A stretch of 64,000 nt of DNA from Candidatus Bathyarchaeota archaeon (GCA_963702095.1 OY969706.1:2592001-2656000), one strand, 5' to 3'; positions 30,801 to 41,928 are shown, counted from the first letter of the stretch. The notes: generated by a model not told the origin, from the sequence alone. A program made the numbers and translations.

Positions 30801-30950
30801 AGCAAATGTGAGCCTGAAAAATTAAAGGGGTTGCTGTTTAAATCGTTTGTAATCTTTTAGCTATCACAATTATTTAACTAACTGATAAGCTTCACAGTAG
30901 CATAGCTACTTTTGATTTTCAGGTATTAATGAATTTTTGTAGGAGGTGAA

Positions 30951-32438
30951 TTGATGTCAAACCAAGAGAAACCCAACATGCTCATGATGTTCGGTGACGA
31001 CATCGGCTGGTGGAACATCAGCTATAACAACAACGGACAAATGGGTTACCGAACACCAAACATCGACCGCATCGCCCACGAAGGCCTCGCTTTCACAGAT
31101 TATTACGGTCAACAAAGCTGCACAGCAGGCAGAGCAGCCTTCATCACAGGACAAAATCCCGTGCGAACAGGTTTAACAAAAGTAGGCATGCCCGGAGCCA
31201 ACTTAGGAATCCAACCCGAAGACCCAACTATCGCAGAGTTACTAAAGCCAATGGGGTATGTCACTGCCCAATTTGGGAAAAACCACTTAGGCGATAGAGA
31301 CGAGTTTTTGCCCACCAACCATGGTTTCGACGAGTTCTTCGGCAATCTTTACCATTTAAATGCAGAAGAAGAGCCTGAGCTTCCAGATTACCCCAAAGAC
31401 CCCCAGTTCAGAAAGAGGTTTGGACCCCGCGGAGTTCTCCACAGTTATGCTGGAGGAAAAATCGAAGATACTGGCCCGTTAACCAAGAAACGTATGGAAA
31501 CAATCGATGATGAAATAACTGATCACACCCTTAGATTCCTAGAGGATACTTCGAAAACGGGTAAACCTTTCTTCGTCTGGTACAACACCACCGGGATGCA
31601 TGTCAGAACCCATCCTGCAGTGAAACACTTAGGAAAAAGCGGCAAAGGCGGAGTCTACAACGACGTCATGGTGGCTCATGACGAAAACATTGGCAAATTA
31701 CTCGATAAACTCGATGCCCTAGGCATCGCCGACAACACCATCGTATTATACTCCACCGATAATGGTCCACACTTTAACACTTGGCCAGACGCTGCAATAA
31801 CACCCTTCCGAAGCGAAAAAAACACCAATTGGGAAGGTGCATGGCGTGTTCCAGCGTTTGCGCGTTGCGCCAAAAAGTTTCCTGCAGCAAAGGTCCTCAC
31901 TGGCATAGTATCGCATCAGGATTGGCTGCCAACACTGCTCGCTGTCGCGGGTGAACCAAACATTTCTGAAAAACTCTTGAAGGGATATACCTCTGGTTCA
32001 AAGATGTTTAGGGTTCATGTTGACGGCTATAATATGCTGCCTTATTTCAAAGGAGAAGCCGATGAAAGCCCTCGAAGGTTCTTCTTCTATATAGACGACG
32101 ACGGAAAGCTTGTGGCACTACGATATGACGACTGGAAATTTGTTTTCCAAGAGCAAAGAGCCAAAAAATTAGCGCTGTGGATGGAGCCATTCATCGAGTT
32201 GCGTGGCCCAAAAATTTTTAACCTGCGCCGAGACCCCTTTGAACGCGCTGATCACAACTCAAACACGTACTGGGATTGGGTGCTTGACCATGTCTTCTTG
32301 ATCGCTGGAACTCAAGCGCTTGTAGCACAGCAGATCGAGTCTTTCAAGGAATTCCCACCTAGGCAAAAACCGTCCGCCTTCAACTTGGATCGGGTGCTGG
32401 AGAAGCTGAAGGATTCTTCAGGAGAAGGGATGCATTAG
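30951..32438 (+). CDS. Arylsulfatase (Cys-type, no signal peptide)
   Basis: PN...GDDIG, TPNID, SCTAGR formylglycine motif, GKNHLG, STDNG; GGAGGTGA SD. Confidence 0.93.
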   Translation: MMSNQEKPNMLMMFGDDIGWWNISYNNNGQMGYRTPNIDRIAHEGLAFTDYYGQQSCTAGRAAFITGQNPVRTGLTKVGMPGANLGIQPEDPTIAELLKPMGYVTAQFGKNHLGDRDEFLPTNHGFDEFFGNLYHLNAEEEPELPDYPKDPQFRKRFGPRGVLHSYAGGKIEDTGPLTKKRMETIDDEITDHTLRFLEDTSKTGKPFFVWYNTTGMHVRTHPAVKHLGKSGKGGVYNDVMVAHDENIGKLLDKLDALGIADNTIVLYSTDNGPHFNTWPDAAITPFRSEKNTNWEGAWRVPAFARCAKKFPAAKVLTGIVSHQDWLPTLLAVAGEPNISEKLLKGYTSGSKMFRVHVDGYNMLPYFKGEADESPRRFFFYIDDDGKLVALRYDDWKFVFQEQRAKKLALWMEPFIELRGPKIFNLRRDPFERADHNSNTYWDWVLDHVFLIAGTQALVAQQIESFKEFPPRQKPSAFNLDRVLEKLKDSSGEGMH

Positions 32439-32479
32439 GCACTCACTCAGCCTTTTTTTAAATAAAGGGTTAAAACCAA

Positions 32480-33679
32480 ATGAGCAGGGGAGAAGGGCAA
32501 AGCATCAAGGCTTTTCATGTTATGGCTAAGCCAACTGGTTCGAGGTGTAATCTTAGCTGTGACTATTGTTTTTTCTTAAAAAAGAAGTACCTTTACCCCC
32601 AAAGCGATTTTCAGATGCCCAACAGAGTAATGGAGCGGTATATCCGCCAAACCATCCGAGCGCACAAGATGCCGTATGTAACGATTGCTTGGCAGGGCGG
32701 AGAGCCAACGCTTATGGGGATTGATTTTTTTCGGCATGCAACCGAATACATCAAAAAAGTTGCTCGCCCGGGAATGCAGGTAGAGCAGACTTTGCAGACA
32801 AACGGAGTTTTAATCAACGATGAGTGGTGCCGTTTTCTGCATGACAACAATTTCCTTGTTGGTTTAAGCCTAGATGGTCCCAGAGAAATGCATGATGCTT
32901 ACCGCAAAGACAAAGCGGGACACTCAGTTTTCGACAAAGTAATTCATGCGGCTCGGCTTATGCAGAAGCACTCTGTACAGTTTAACATCCTCTGCACCGT
33001 AAACGCCGTTAACAGTCGGCATCCCTTGGAGGTTTACCGCTTCTTCCGTGACGACTTAAAGACGCCTTATCTGCAGTTTATTCCAATAGTGGAGAGGGAT
33101 AATGAAACCGGAAATCAACAAGGCAACCGCCTCACTGATAGGTCAGTAACTGCAAGCCAATATGGCAAATTTTTGATTGAAATCTTTGACGAATGGATTA
33201 AAAGAGACGTGGGCAGCATTTTTGTTCAGTTTTTTGACGGAGTTTTAGCCTCCTATGTTCGGGGTATTTCGTCTCTTTGTGTTCTTAGCTCAAAATGCGG
33301 CGAAGGAGTCGCTTTGGAACATAACGGCGACGTTTACTGTTGCGATCACTTTGTTGAACCCGACTATTTTTTGGGAAACATCACTAAAACGCCGATTGCC
33401 CAACTCGTTTCAAGCGATAAACAACGTGCATTTGGCAACGCCAAACGGTTAAAGCTGCCCCAATATTGCAAGAGATGCGAGTTCTTGTTTACATGCTATG
33501 GTGAATGCCCCAAGAACCGTGTTCTGAAGACTCCTGATGGCGAAGAAGGGTTGAATTGGCTCTGTGAAGGGCTCAGAGCATTCTTTGGGCATACGAAAAA
33601 GCCTATGCAAGCAATGGCTAAATTACTGCTTGATGGTCGAGAGGCATCAGATATTATGGTCAACTATAATCCACGGTAA
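32480..33679 (+). CDS. Anaerobic sulfatase-maturating radical SAM enzyme (anSME/AslB)
   Basis: MAKPTGSRCNLSCDYCFF, WQGGEPTL, QFIPIVE, CDHFV, GECPKNR. Confidence 0.93.
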   Translation: MSRGEGQSIKAFHVMAKPTGSRCNLSCDYCFFLKKKYLYPQSDFQMPNRVMERYIRQTIRAHKMPYVTIAWQGGEPTLMGIDFFRHATEYIKKVARPGMQVEQTLQTNGVLINDEWCRFLHDNNFLVGLSLDGPREMHDAYRKDKAGHSVFDKVIHAARLMQKHSVQFNILCTVNAVNSRHPLEVYRFFRDDLKTPYLQFIPIVERDNETGNQQGNRLTDRSVTASQYGKFLIEIFDEWIKRDVGSIFVQFFDGVLASYVRGISSLCVLSSKCGEGVALEHNGDVYCCDHFVEPDYFLGNITKTPIAQLVSSDKQRAFGNAKRLKLPQYCKRCEFLFTCYGECPKNRVLKTPDGEEGLNWLCEGLRAFFGHTKKPMQAMAKLLLDGREASDIMVNYNPR

Positions 33680-33699
33680 AATGGGCTGTGCTTTTGTAG

Positions 33700-33813
33700 T
33701 CAGTCTTCTTCTAGGTTGAGTAAAAACTCTATTATTTTTCCAAGCTGCTCGGCTGTGGTGCGGTCGAGGGCTTGTTCTTCTTCGATGTTTACTAGCACGT
33801 TATCGGGTTTCAT
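33700..33813 (-). CDS. Putative 37-aa acidic helical protein
   Basis: MKPDNVLVNIEEEQALDRTTAEQLGKIIEFLLNLEED; TTATA-like box about 30 nt upstream. Confidence 0.45.
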   Translation of the reverse strand: MKPDNVLVNIEEEQALDRTTAEQLGKIIEFLLNLEED

Positions 33814-34051
33814 AGTTACGGGTATAGGCTGCTTTTGCTATAACAGTATCTCCAAGGCTTACTTCGAAGTTCGAAGTAGCACCTGTCAGGTGAGTAATCA
33901 ATTTAACAGTAAAATGTAAATCCGAGGGCTTTTTTCAAGCATGGGTTCATGGGCAGTTAACTGGAAAGGTGCAATACACGCTTTTTTCCATGGAAAACAC
34001 TGGTGGCAAAACAGGTAAAAGTTATATGTTAAAACTACACAAGACCTCTCT

Positions 34052-34327
34052 ATGTCAACCAAAGTCCAATGTTGCCACATACTGGTCAAAACCCAAACAG
34101 AAGCCAATGCAGTAAAAGCCCGCCTAGACAAGGGAGAAAAATTCGGCGAAGTCGCCAAACAAGTCTCCCTCTGCCCGTCCGGCAAGAAAGGGGGCGATTT
34201 GGGCTCCTTCACACGGGGTAAGATGGTTAAGGAGTTTGAGAAGGCAGCTTTTACGCTTGAGAAGGGGCAGGTTTCTGCGCCGGTTAAGACGCAGTTTGGG
34301 TATCACATCATTAAGCGTATTGAGTGA
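34052..34327 (+). CDS. ppiC: Parvulin-type peptidyl-prolyl isomerase
   Basis: HILVK, SLCPSGKKGGDLG, MVKEFE, TQFGYHII. Confidence 0.95.
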   Translation: MSTKVQCCHILVKTQTEANAVKARLDKGEKFGEVAKQVSLCPSGKKGGDLGSFTRGKMVKEFEKAAFTLEKGQVSAPVKTQFGYHIIKRIE

Positions 34328-34472
34328 TTCTTTTTAGCTGCCTTTTCTTGGGGTATGCTTTTTTTTTGGATTTGTTAGTCTGTTTTGCGGTTATTAATTA
34401 TTAAGAAGATATATCTTTAAAAGAAATACTTATATGAACCGCACAAAACATAAATCATAAGAAGGCAAGCCG

Positions 34473-36893
34473 TTGAGCCAAACCAAAACCAAAAAAATCT
34501 CACTCAACATCGGCGGCATGAGCTGCATAAACTGCGCCCGCACCATAGAAAAAGCACTAGGCAAACTAAACGGCGTAACCCATGCCACCGTCAACTTAGC
34601 CGCAGAAAAAGCCCTCATCGACTACGACCCCACCATCATAGACCAAAAAACCATCGAAGCCACCATCAACGAAATCGGCTACCAAGTCATCCATGAAAAG
34701 GTCAGCATCCAAGTAGGCGGCATGACCTGCGTCAACTGCGCCAAAACCATCGAAAAAGTCCTCAACGCCAAGGAGGGCGTCTACAAAGCCGCCGTCAACT
34801 TCGCCGCTGAGAGGGTTTTGGTTGAGTACAATTCTGAGCAAGTCAGTTTGCCCGCAATCAAAAAAGCGATAACTGACGTCGGCTACGAGGTCATCGAGCC
34901 CCAGCAAAAAACCGTGGAGGACGCCGAGAACAAAGCGCGTCAACGGCATGTGCGGCGCTTAAAGGTGCTCTTGGCATCCAGCGTTGCCTTGACTGTTCCG
35001 ATTATTTTGTTGATGTGGTTCCCGATTTTGTCGATGGAGCAGAACAACATTTTGATGTTTATTCTGGCGACCCCGGTGCAGTTCGTGATTGCCTGGACCT
35101 TCTATGTGGGCGCCTACAAGGGATTGCGTAACAAAACCGCCAACATGGACACCCTAATCGCCATGGGCACATCCACCGCCTACATCTACAGCACTGTCGT
35201 CACCTTCGCACCCAGCCTATTCCCCAACACCGCAGTGTTCTTCGACACATCCGCCATGATAATCACCTTCATCTTAACAGGCAAACTGCTTGACGCCATC
35301 GCTAAAGGCAGAACCTCAGAGGCTATCCGCAAAATCATGGGGTTACAAGCCAAAACCGCCCATATCATCCGTGAAGGGGTAGAATCTGAGGTTCCTGTGG
35401 AGGAGGTGCAGGTTGGCGATGTGGTGGTTGTGCGTCCGGGCGAAAAGATTCCTGTGGACGGCAAGGTCATCGAGGGTTACTCGGGTGTGGATGAGAAAGT
35501 CATCACGGGCGAAAGCATCCCGGTTGAGAAGCGCAAGGGTGACGAGGTTATAGGCGCCACCATGAACAAGACTGGAATGCTGAAATTCGAGGCGACTAAA
35601 ATCGGCAAAGACACCGCGTTAGCCCAAATCATAGCTTTAGTTGAGGACGCTTTGAGTTCGAAGGCTCCTGTGCAGAGAATCGCCGACATAGCAGCAGGCT
35701 ACTTTGTTCCCACCATCATATTGACGGCGACTCTGTCGGCGTTTATATGGTACTTCCTTGTCGGTGAAACCTTCATCTTCTCACTCACAGTGTTCATTGC
35801 CGTATTAATTGTCGCTTGTCCCTGTGCCTTGGGGTTGGCGACTCCGACAGCCATAATGGTCGGTGTCGGAAAAGGCGCAGAAAACGGCATCCTAATCAAA
35901 AGCGGCGAAGCATTAGAGACAGCACATAAACTTCGAGCCGTCGTATTCGACAAAACAGGCACCTTAACCAAAGGCGAACCCGAAGTAACCGACATATTAG
36001 CCGACACATCCTTCAGCGAAGAGCAGCTCCTCCAGTACGCGGCTACCGCAGAGAAGAACTCTGAGCATCCCCTAGGAGAAGCCATCGTCAAATTGGCAAC
36101 TGCAAAAGGCATCAACGTTGATTGGCCAGACGATTTCAACGCTATTCCCGGACACGGCGTAGAAGTTAAAATCGGCGGCAAAACCGTTTTGCTGGGCAAC
36201 CGCAAACTCATGGAAACCAACAGCATCGACATAAGCCACCTTGAAGCAAAAATGGCGGAGTTTGAATCTCAAGGCAAAACCGCTATGCTCATGTCAGTTG
36301 AGGGCAAAGCAGCCGGGTTAATCGCTGTCGCTGACACCTTAAAAGAACATTCGATGGAAGCTGTGGCGGCTCTAAAGCAGATGGGACTCGAAGTCATCAT
36401 GTTAACAGGCGACAACCAGCGCACGGCACAGGCGATTGCAAAACAAGCTGGCGTAGACCGCGTGCTCGCCGAAGTGTTGCCCAGCGAAAAAGCCAACGAG
36501 ATCAAGCGGCTTCAGGGCGAGGGCAAAGTTGTGGCGATGGTGGGCGACGGCATAAACGATGCTCCCGCGTTGGCGCAGGCAAACATCGGCATCGCAGTAG
36601 GCAGCGGCACAGACGTAGCCGTAGAAACAGGCGACATAGTGCTCGTTAAAAACGACCTCCGAGACGTAGTTATCGCCATCCAACTCAGCAGAGCCACAAT
36701 GCGCAAAATCCGCCAAAACCTGTTCTGGGCATTCTTCTACAACATTGCGCTTATTCCGTTGGCGGCTGGCGTGTTCTACCCCATCATACATGTGCTGTTT
36801 AACCCCGTCTATGCGGCGGCGGCGATGGCAAGCAGCAGCGTCACCGTGGTAACCAACGCGTCGCTTCTGCGGAGGTTTAAACCAAAACTCTAA
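34473..36893 (+). CDS. copA: Copper-translocating P1B-type ATPase
   Basis: Two GMxCxxC HMA domains, CPC, DKTGT, SEHPL, YN and MAxSS motifs. Confidence 0.95.
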   Translation: MSQTKTKKISLNIGGMSCINCARTIEKALGKLNGVTHATVNLAAEKALIDYDPTIIDQKTIEATINEIGYQVIHEKVSIQVGGMTCVNCAKTIEKVLNAKEGVYKAAVNFAAERVLVEYNSEQVSLPAIKKAITDVGYEVIEPQQKTVEDAENKARQRHVRRLKVLLASSVALTVPIILLMWFPILSMEQNNILMFILATPVQFVIAWTFYVGAYKGLRNKTANMDTLIAMGTSTAYIYSTVVTFAPSLFPNTAVFFDTSAMIITFILTGKLLDAIAKGRTSEAIRKIMGLQAKTAHIIREGVESEVPVEEVQVGDVVVVRPGEKIPVDGKVIEGYSGVDEKVITGESIPVEKRKGDEVIGATMNKTGMLKFEATKIGKDTALAQIIALVEDALSSKAPVQRIADIAAGYFVPTIILTATLSAFIWYFLVGETFIFSLTVFIAVLIVACPCALGLATPTAIMVGVGKGAENGILIKSGEALETAHKLRAVVFDKTGTLTKGEPEVTDILADTSFSEEQLLQYAATAEKNSEHPLGEAIVKLATAKGINVDWPDDFNAIPGHGVEVKIGGKTVLLGNRKLMETNSIDISHLEAKMAEFESQGKTAMLMSVEGKAAGLIAVADTLKEHSMEAVAALKQMGLEVIMLTGDNQRTAQAIAKQAGVDRVLAEVLPSEKANEIKRLQGEGKVVAMVGDGINDAPALAQANIGIAVGSGTDVAVETGDIVLVKNDLRDVVIAIQLSRATMRKIRQNLFWAFFYNIALIPLAAGVFYPIIHVLFNPVYAAAAMASSSVTVVTNASLLRRFKPKL

Positions 36894-36929
36894 GTAACAC
36901 CAAACGAATGGATAGGGAGGTGAATTGTT

Positions 36930-37169
36930 ATGGCTAAAGATTTAGTTTGCAACATGGATGTAGATGAGAAAACAGCAAAGTGGAAATCAGTTTACAAGGG
37001 CAAAACCTACTATTTCTGTGCTCCAGGCTGCAAGAAAAGCTTCGAAGAAGAACCCGAACTCTACATAAACGCTGAAGCCACAGGGGACCAGCACCACCAG
37101 CATCATCACCACCACGAAGGCGAAGAAATGGGCGAAGGCGACAGCTGCGGATGTGGACACCACCACTAA
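36930..37169 (+). CDS. YHS/TRASH domain protein with His/Cys-rich tail
   Basis: DLVCNM...YYFCAPGC..F; tail HHQHHHHH...CGCGHHH; GGAGGTGA SD. Confidence 0.9.
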   Translation: MAKDLVCNMDVDEKTAKWKSVYKGKTYYFCAPGCKKSFEEEPELYINAEATGDQHHQHHHHHEGEEMGEGDSCGCGHHH

Positions 37170-37200
37170 ACCAACCCCTAATTTCCTTTTCTTTTGTTTC

Positions 37201-37698
37201 CTATTTTATTTCAAAAGTGCAGTTGCCAGTAGTTTCATAGCCGAATCCTTCCAAACGCACTGTTAAAGTGTAGTTCCCAGTTTCATGTGGTATGATTTGG
37301 TTATCTTTGGATTCAAGCCATGTCCACTGGAGTTGTGTGTTTGAGTCGGCGGGAAACGTTGGTGTCTTTGAAGCGGGAAGATTGATATGAATATCCATGT
37401 CGTCTACTGTGATGCCGTTTTTTGTCACAGTAGTTATTTCATGACTCGGTCGGGCTACAGGCGAGCTTTGACTATTAACCACCACAAAGGTAAAAGTAGC
37501 GTTTTCGCCCTGAAGAAAATACTGCTTATCGGGCGAAACTTGAATTTCAATTGACCAGGGACCGAAATCGCTTGGGAGGCTTTCATAGTACAGCCAGCCA
37601 GCAAAAACCAAAACCGCAGCAAGCATCACAGCCCCAGTCGCTATTAGGTAGCGGCGTTTGTGGCTTTTACGCTTGTAATATGGAGTATCTTCGCCCAA
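37201..37698 (-). CDS. Membrane-anchored Ig-like hypothetical protein
   Basis: Basic N-terminus plus TM; PDKQYF.QGE.AT.T..V.N and GNYTLTV beta-sandwich pattern. Confidence 0.7.
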   Translation of the reverse strand: MGEDTPYYKRKSHKRRYLIATGAVMLAAVLVFAGWLYYESLPSDFGPWSIEIQVSPDKQYFLQGENATFTFVVVNSQSSPVARPSHEITTVTKNGITVDDMDIHINLPASKTPTFPADSNTQLQWTWLESKDNQIIPHETGNYTLTVRLEGFGYETTGNCTFEIK

Positions 37699-37766
37699 GC
37701 TGCCTGCCCTCTTTTGCCAACTGGCAGTATGAAGGGGGAGGGTATAAAAAATTATGGCATAGTGCT

Positions 37767-38432
37767 CTATATTGAACCTAGAAGCACGTGTTCAGCAAAG
37801 AGGTCTTCGTTGAATTCACCCATGAAATCCACCTTGTCGTTTATGACGATTTTTGGGACGCCGATAACGTTGTATTTCGTGGATAAGTCTGGGAATTCGC
37901 CGCTTTCGATTACGTCGGTTTTGATGTTGTCGCATTCGATGGCTAACTTGTGTCCGATGGCGGCGGCGCCGGGGCAGTGGGGGCAGGTGAGGGTGACGAA
38001 GACTTTGATGTTTACCGGTGACTTGACGTCTTTTAGGACGGCTTTGGTTTTTTCGGAGAGGTCAGTTGTGCCCTTTGAGACGTTGACGATGGCTTCTATG
38101 AGGGTTTGGAGTTCGTAGCCATAGGGTATGCCGTAGTATCTTACGCCATAGTCCCGTTTGCCGATGATGGCTAAGGCGGGAATCCTGTCTACGCCGTATT
38201 CTTTGGCTTTGTCTGCGTCTTTGACGAAATCGTAGACTTCAGTGGTGATTTTATCGCTTAAGCCGCCGATTTCTTGGGCTAAACGGCGGGTTTCGTTGCA
38301 GTAGCGGCACTCCATTTCCTGGGTGAACATAACGATTTTTACTGGGTCAACCATTTTGTTCTTGAAATCGTTGCGTAAGAGTTCTTGTTTGTCGGCTGGA
38401 AGTAAACTCAAATCTTTTCCTCCACAAAACAC
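37767..38432 (-). CDS. Protein disulfide oxidoreductase (two thioredoxin folds)
   Basis: CRYC and CPHC, GIPYGYE, GVPKIVIN. Confidence 0.92.
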   Translation of the reverse strand: MFCGGKDLSLLPADKQELLRNDFKNKMVDPVKIVMFTQEMECRYCNETRRLAQEIGGLSDKITTEVYDFVKDADKAKEYGVDRIPALAIIGKRDYGVRYYGIPYGYELQTLIEAIVNVSKGTTDLSEKTKAVLKDVKSPVNIKVFVTLTCPHCPGAAAIGHKLAIECDNIKTDVIESGEFPDLSTKYNVIGVPKIVINDKVDFMGEFNEDLFAEHVLLGSI

Positions 38433-38559
38433 ACTTTTGGCATCTATGACTCTGTGTTTTCCTCCATATAACTTTAAAGCAGCCGAGCCCTTGCAAACGA
38501 AACCATTATAAGAGCACAGGAGTTCCTGTATCTAAGTTAAATTTTGGAGCAGATTTAAA

Positions 38560-39750
38560 ATGGTCAAGGTCACCCTTAAAGACGGAATCTACTGGGTCGG
38601 CGTTATCGACTGGAACATACGTGACTTCCACGACTATGTAACCAGCCGCGGCACCAGCTACAACGCCTACCTAGTTCAAGACGAAAAAACAGCTTTGGTG
38701 GACACCGTGAAAGCGGCGTTCTGCAACGAATTAATCACACACATCTCCGAACTGTCCAGCCTAGAAAAAATTGACTACATAATCGTCAACCACGTGGAGA
38801 TGGATCACTCAAGCAGCCTCCCCATCATCGCTAAACTTGCTAAAAACGCCAAAATCTACGCGACTGCACGGGGCAAAGAAGAACTCATCAAGCACTACGG
38901 CACAGAATTTGAGCGGGTTGAAATTGTGAAATCTGGGGACAAAATTGGTTTGGGCAAGAAAACATTGACGTTCCTCGAAGCCCCGATGCTGCATTGGCCT
39001 GACAGCATGTTCACCTACGTTGTGGAGGATAAAGTGTTGATGCCCAATGACGCGTTTGGTCAGCACCTCGCCAGTTCTGGGCGCTTTGACGATGAAGTGG
39101 ACCATGAAATCCTGATGGAAGAAGCAGTCACCTACTACAGCAACATACTCACACCGATGGCGCCTTTGATTGTTAAGAAAATCCAAGAAGTCGTTGAGAT
39201 GAAGTTGCCAATCGACATCATAGCGCCAAGCCACGGCGTGATTTGGCGCAGAGACCCCATGAAAATCGTCAACGCCTACATGGACTGGTCCACGGGCAAA
39301 ACAGTGAAGCAGAAAGTCTCCATAGTCTTTGACACCATGTGGGATAGCACCAACAAGATGGCAAGGGCAATCGGAGACGGAACCGCCAGCCAAGGCGTCG
39401 AAGTCAAACTCTTCAAACTACGCGCCACTGAAAACACCGACATAGTCACCGAAATCACCGACTCCAAAGTTGTATTGGTCGGTTCGCCAACACTCAACAA
39501 CGGCATGTTCCCCCCAGTAAGCCAATTCTTAACCTACATCACGGGGTTGAAACCTAAGGGCAAGCAGTGGGGTTTCTTTGGCAGCTACGGCTGGGGAGGA
39601 GGCGCCGTCCGAGGCATGGTCAAAATGGCTAAGGAAGCAGGCTTCGACGTGATGGAGCCCAGCATCGAGCTCAAATGGGTTCCAACCGAAGAAGAACTCA
39701 AAAAATGCTTCGACTACGGCGTGCAAATCGCCCAAAAAGCCAAAGCCTAA
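38560..39750 (+). CDS. fprA: Flavodiiron protein (FprA/A-type flavoprotein)
   Basis: GTSYNAYL, NHVEMDHS, LHWPDS, DAFGQH, PSHG, flavodoxin domain FGSYGWGG. Confidence 0.95.
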   Translation: MVKVTLKDGIYWVGVIDWNIRDFHDYVTSRGTSYNAYLVQDEKTALVDTVKAAFCNELITHISELSSLEKIDYIIVNHVEMDHSSSLPIIAKLAKNAKIYATARGKEELIKHYGTEFERVEIVKSGDKIGLGKKTLTFLEAPMLHWPDSMFTYVVEDKVLMPNDAFGQHLASSGRFDDEVDHEILMEEAVTYYSNILTPMAPLIVKKIQEVVEMKLPIDIIAPSHGVIWRRDPMKIVNAYMDWSTGKTVKQKVSIVFDTMWDSTNKMARAIGDGTASQGVEVKLFKLRATENTDIVTEITDSKVVLVGSPTLNNGMFPPVSQFLTYITGLKPKGKQWGFFGSYGWGGGAVRGMVKMAKEAGFDVMEPSIELKWVPTEEELKKCFDYGVQIAQKAKA

Positions 39751-39772
39751 ACCCAACTTTCCTTTTTTATTA

Positions 39773-40094
39773 GTAGATCAAAATAATTGTTTGTTTGGGG
39801 TTGGTTGCGGTGTGTCTGTTTGTTTAGCCATGCCGTTGCCAGCTTGCATTGTGCTGTTGGTTGCCTCGCTAAAAAAAACAAATGATACATGCATTCACAC
39901 CACATCCCGACCGCCCCTGCATGGAGCCATGTACCCCATGTGGAGAAAAACGCATATACCACACCGAAACAGGCACCAAAAAATGTTACAATCACAAAAA
40001 GCAACCGCACTCAGTTGCAGTCCTGTGGGCAATTCTAAAACTCTCACACTCACATAAAGAGAGAAAAAAACAACAGCAGAAACTTTCGATCTAT
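39773..40094 (+). mobile_element. MITE-like element with family-3 interior and family-1-type TIRs
   Basis: Left gtagatcaaaata, right aactttcgatctat; interior 39870-40075 homologous to 14285-14490. Confidence 0.65.
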
Positions 40095-40096
40095 TG

Positions 40097-41008
40097 CTAA
40101 ATAAACTCTAAGTCTTTTTGATAGGGCAAACCTGCTCGAGCACCCATCGCCGTCACGGATTTGGAGGCGACAAAGTTGCCAAGTCTGCCGCATTCAGCGA
40201 GGGTTCTGTTGTGGGTTAAGCCGTAGAGGAACCCTGCGTTAAAGGCGTCTCCTGCGCCTGTCGTGTCGACCACGTTGACTTTGAAGGCTTGTATGGAGAG
40301 TTTTTCTTCTCCGTCCGTGATGTAGCAACCTTTGGCTCCGAGTTTCACGGCGACGACTTTGACGCCGGCACTGAGCAGCAGTTCGGCGCCTTTGGGGACG
40401 TCGGATTCGCCTGTTAAAAGTTCAAGCTCCACTGCGTTTGGCATCATAATGTAGCTGTTCTGGATTATGGGTTCGATAGCGGCAAAACCTTTCTGTGCAT
40501 AGAGTGAGCCAGGGTCGAAGCTAAGTTTGACGCCCTCAGGTAGGAAGCTGAGCAGTTTCTTCTGGGTTCGAAACGATTTCTCCCCGACAAAAGAGGACAG
40601 GTGCAAAAAATCTGTTTGGAAAACATAGTTAGCCTGTAATTCGCGGAATTCGATGCTGTCATTGACGCCTGAATTGATGTAGAGTGCTCGTGCGCCTTTT
40701 TTGTCTACGAATCCGAGGCAGACGCCGCTTTTGCCCTTGGATGCGTGGATAATGCCTTCGGTGTCGACGCCCTCGGTTCTAAAGCAGTCGATTTGGAGTT
40801 GGCCCTGGTGGTCGTCGGCGACTTTGCCGATGAACCCCACTTTGCAGCCCAACCGTGCCAAAGCGACCGTGGTGTTGGCTGCTGAGCCACCGCATGCTTC
40901 GGTGTAGTCATGGATGAAACTCTCTTCTTCAGCGCCCGCTATCTTGTCGACTTTTAGCAGTGTGTCGACGTTGAGTGCTCCGAAACCGATTACGTCAAAT
41001 TTGGTCAT
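40097..41008 (-). CDS. PfkB family carbohydrate/nucleoside kinase
   Basis: GGSAAN..VALARLG, SFDPG, PN..E, VDTTGAGDAFNAGF. Confidence 0.93.
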   Translation of the reverse strand: MTKFDVIGFGALNVDTLLKVDKIAGAEEESFIHDYTEACGGSAANTTVALARLGCKVGFIGKVADDHQGQLQIDCFRTEGVDTEGIIHASKGKSGVCLGFVDKKGARALYINSGVNDSIEFRELQANYVFQTDFLHLSSFVGEKSFRTQKKLLSFLPEGVKLSFDPGSLYAQKGFAAIEPIIQNSYIMMPNAVELELLTGESDVPKGAELLLSAGVKVVAVKLGAKGCYITDGEEKLSIQAFKVNVVDTTGAGDAFNAGFLYGLTHNRTLAECGRLGNFVASKSVTAMGARAGLPYQKDLEFI

Positions 41009-41928
41009 TTGAATATCTCGTTTAAGGGGATTTTGTATTGGCCGAGTTTGCCGCCGTAGTTGCCGGCGGATATGCGGACGACGCCTGGGACGTTGATGGA
41101 GGCTTCGATTCCCGCTTTGGTTGCGGCTTTGATTGCATCAACTGAGATGCCGTCGTAGACTATTTCGGCTATATAGTTTACGCCGTCTGGAACCAGCGAT
41201 TGCGTGCCTAATTTGGTTTTCAATGATGGACAGTAGAGTTGGTTAGTTGTTGGCCCAATCTGCGGGTAATGGGTTTGTGGTTTGCTGCCCGCTGAACAAA
41301 TGTCAAAGGTGGTTACTGCACCGTACACTTTATGGATTGCCCTGAGTGCTCTGCCGCCCGCTTCCTTTAGCGCCTCTTTGGTGGTGCACATAAGCCAAAA
41401 GTTGCCACCCATCACTCCGCGGGCATAACCCACGTAGCGTTCGATAACAAAATCGGGAACCATCAAGGGAACAACGATGACTTCTCGGTCATACCGCTTT
41501 TCAACCCATTCATAGCCGTCGCCACAGTGCCCCACACGCTCCATCATGTCCAATTTGCCCTCAGCCCTAGGCATGGCGTCGTAGACGGCGGTGAAGGATT
41601 TAACCAATATGTCTTGGCGGATGCGGTAACTGAGCTCCTTCTCAAATTTTTCGAGGGATTCCTCGAAGGTTTTCTTGGAGCTTATTTCTCCCCACAACTG
41701 CAGGATGGCGCCGACTCTGCCGTCGGGGGTTTCTTTTTCGGTGAGGTAGCGTTCGACGCCGCCTTCTGTTCTGCCGACGACGACTGCGGGGGTTGCGGTT
41801 GAATCCTCCGCTGCTTTGCGCACGGTTTCTTGGTCGTCTGCGGTTACTATTAGGCGGCAGAAGATGCCGGCGAATGCTTCAATGAATGTATCATCAATTC
41901 TTTGGTCCATTTTATCCAAGTCTCCCAA
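41005..41928 (-). CDS. ftr: Formylmethanofuran:H4MPT formyltransferase family protein
   Basis: IDDTFIEAF, EGGVE, TPDGRVG, GGNF, SAGSK, YCPSL, EIVYDG, RISAGNYGGKLG. Confidence 0.9.
   Translation of the reverse strand: MGDLDKMDQRIDDTFIEAFAGIFCRLIVTADDQETVRKAAEDSTATPAVVVGRTEGGVERYLTEKETPDGRVGAILQLWGEISSKKTFEESLEKFEKELSYRIRQDILVKSFTAVYDAMPRAEGKLDMMERVGHCGDGYEWVEKRYDREVIVVPLMVPDFVIERYVGYARGVMGGNFWLMCTTKEALKEAGGRALRAIHKVYGAVTTFDICSAGSKPQTHYPQIGPTTNQLYCPSLKTKLGTQSLVPDGVNYIAEIVYDGISVDAIKAATKAGIEASINVPGVVRISAGNYGGKLGQYKIPLNEIFK

Noticed and set aside
34596-36791. Numerous antisense or shadow ORFs within copA, his, cdh and other genes
   Set aside because: They are fully overlapped by well-supported genes and reflect codon bias.
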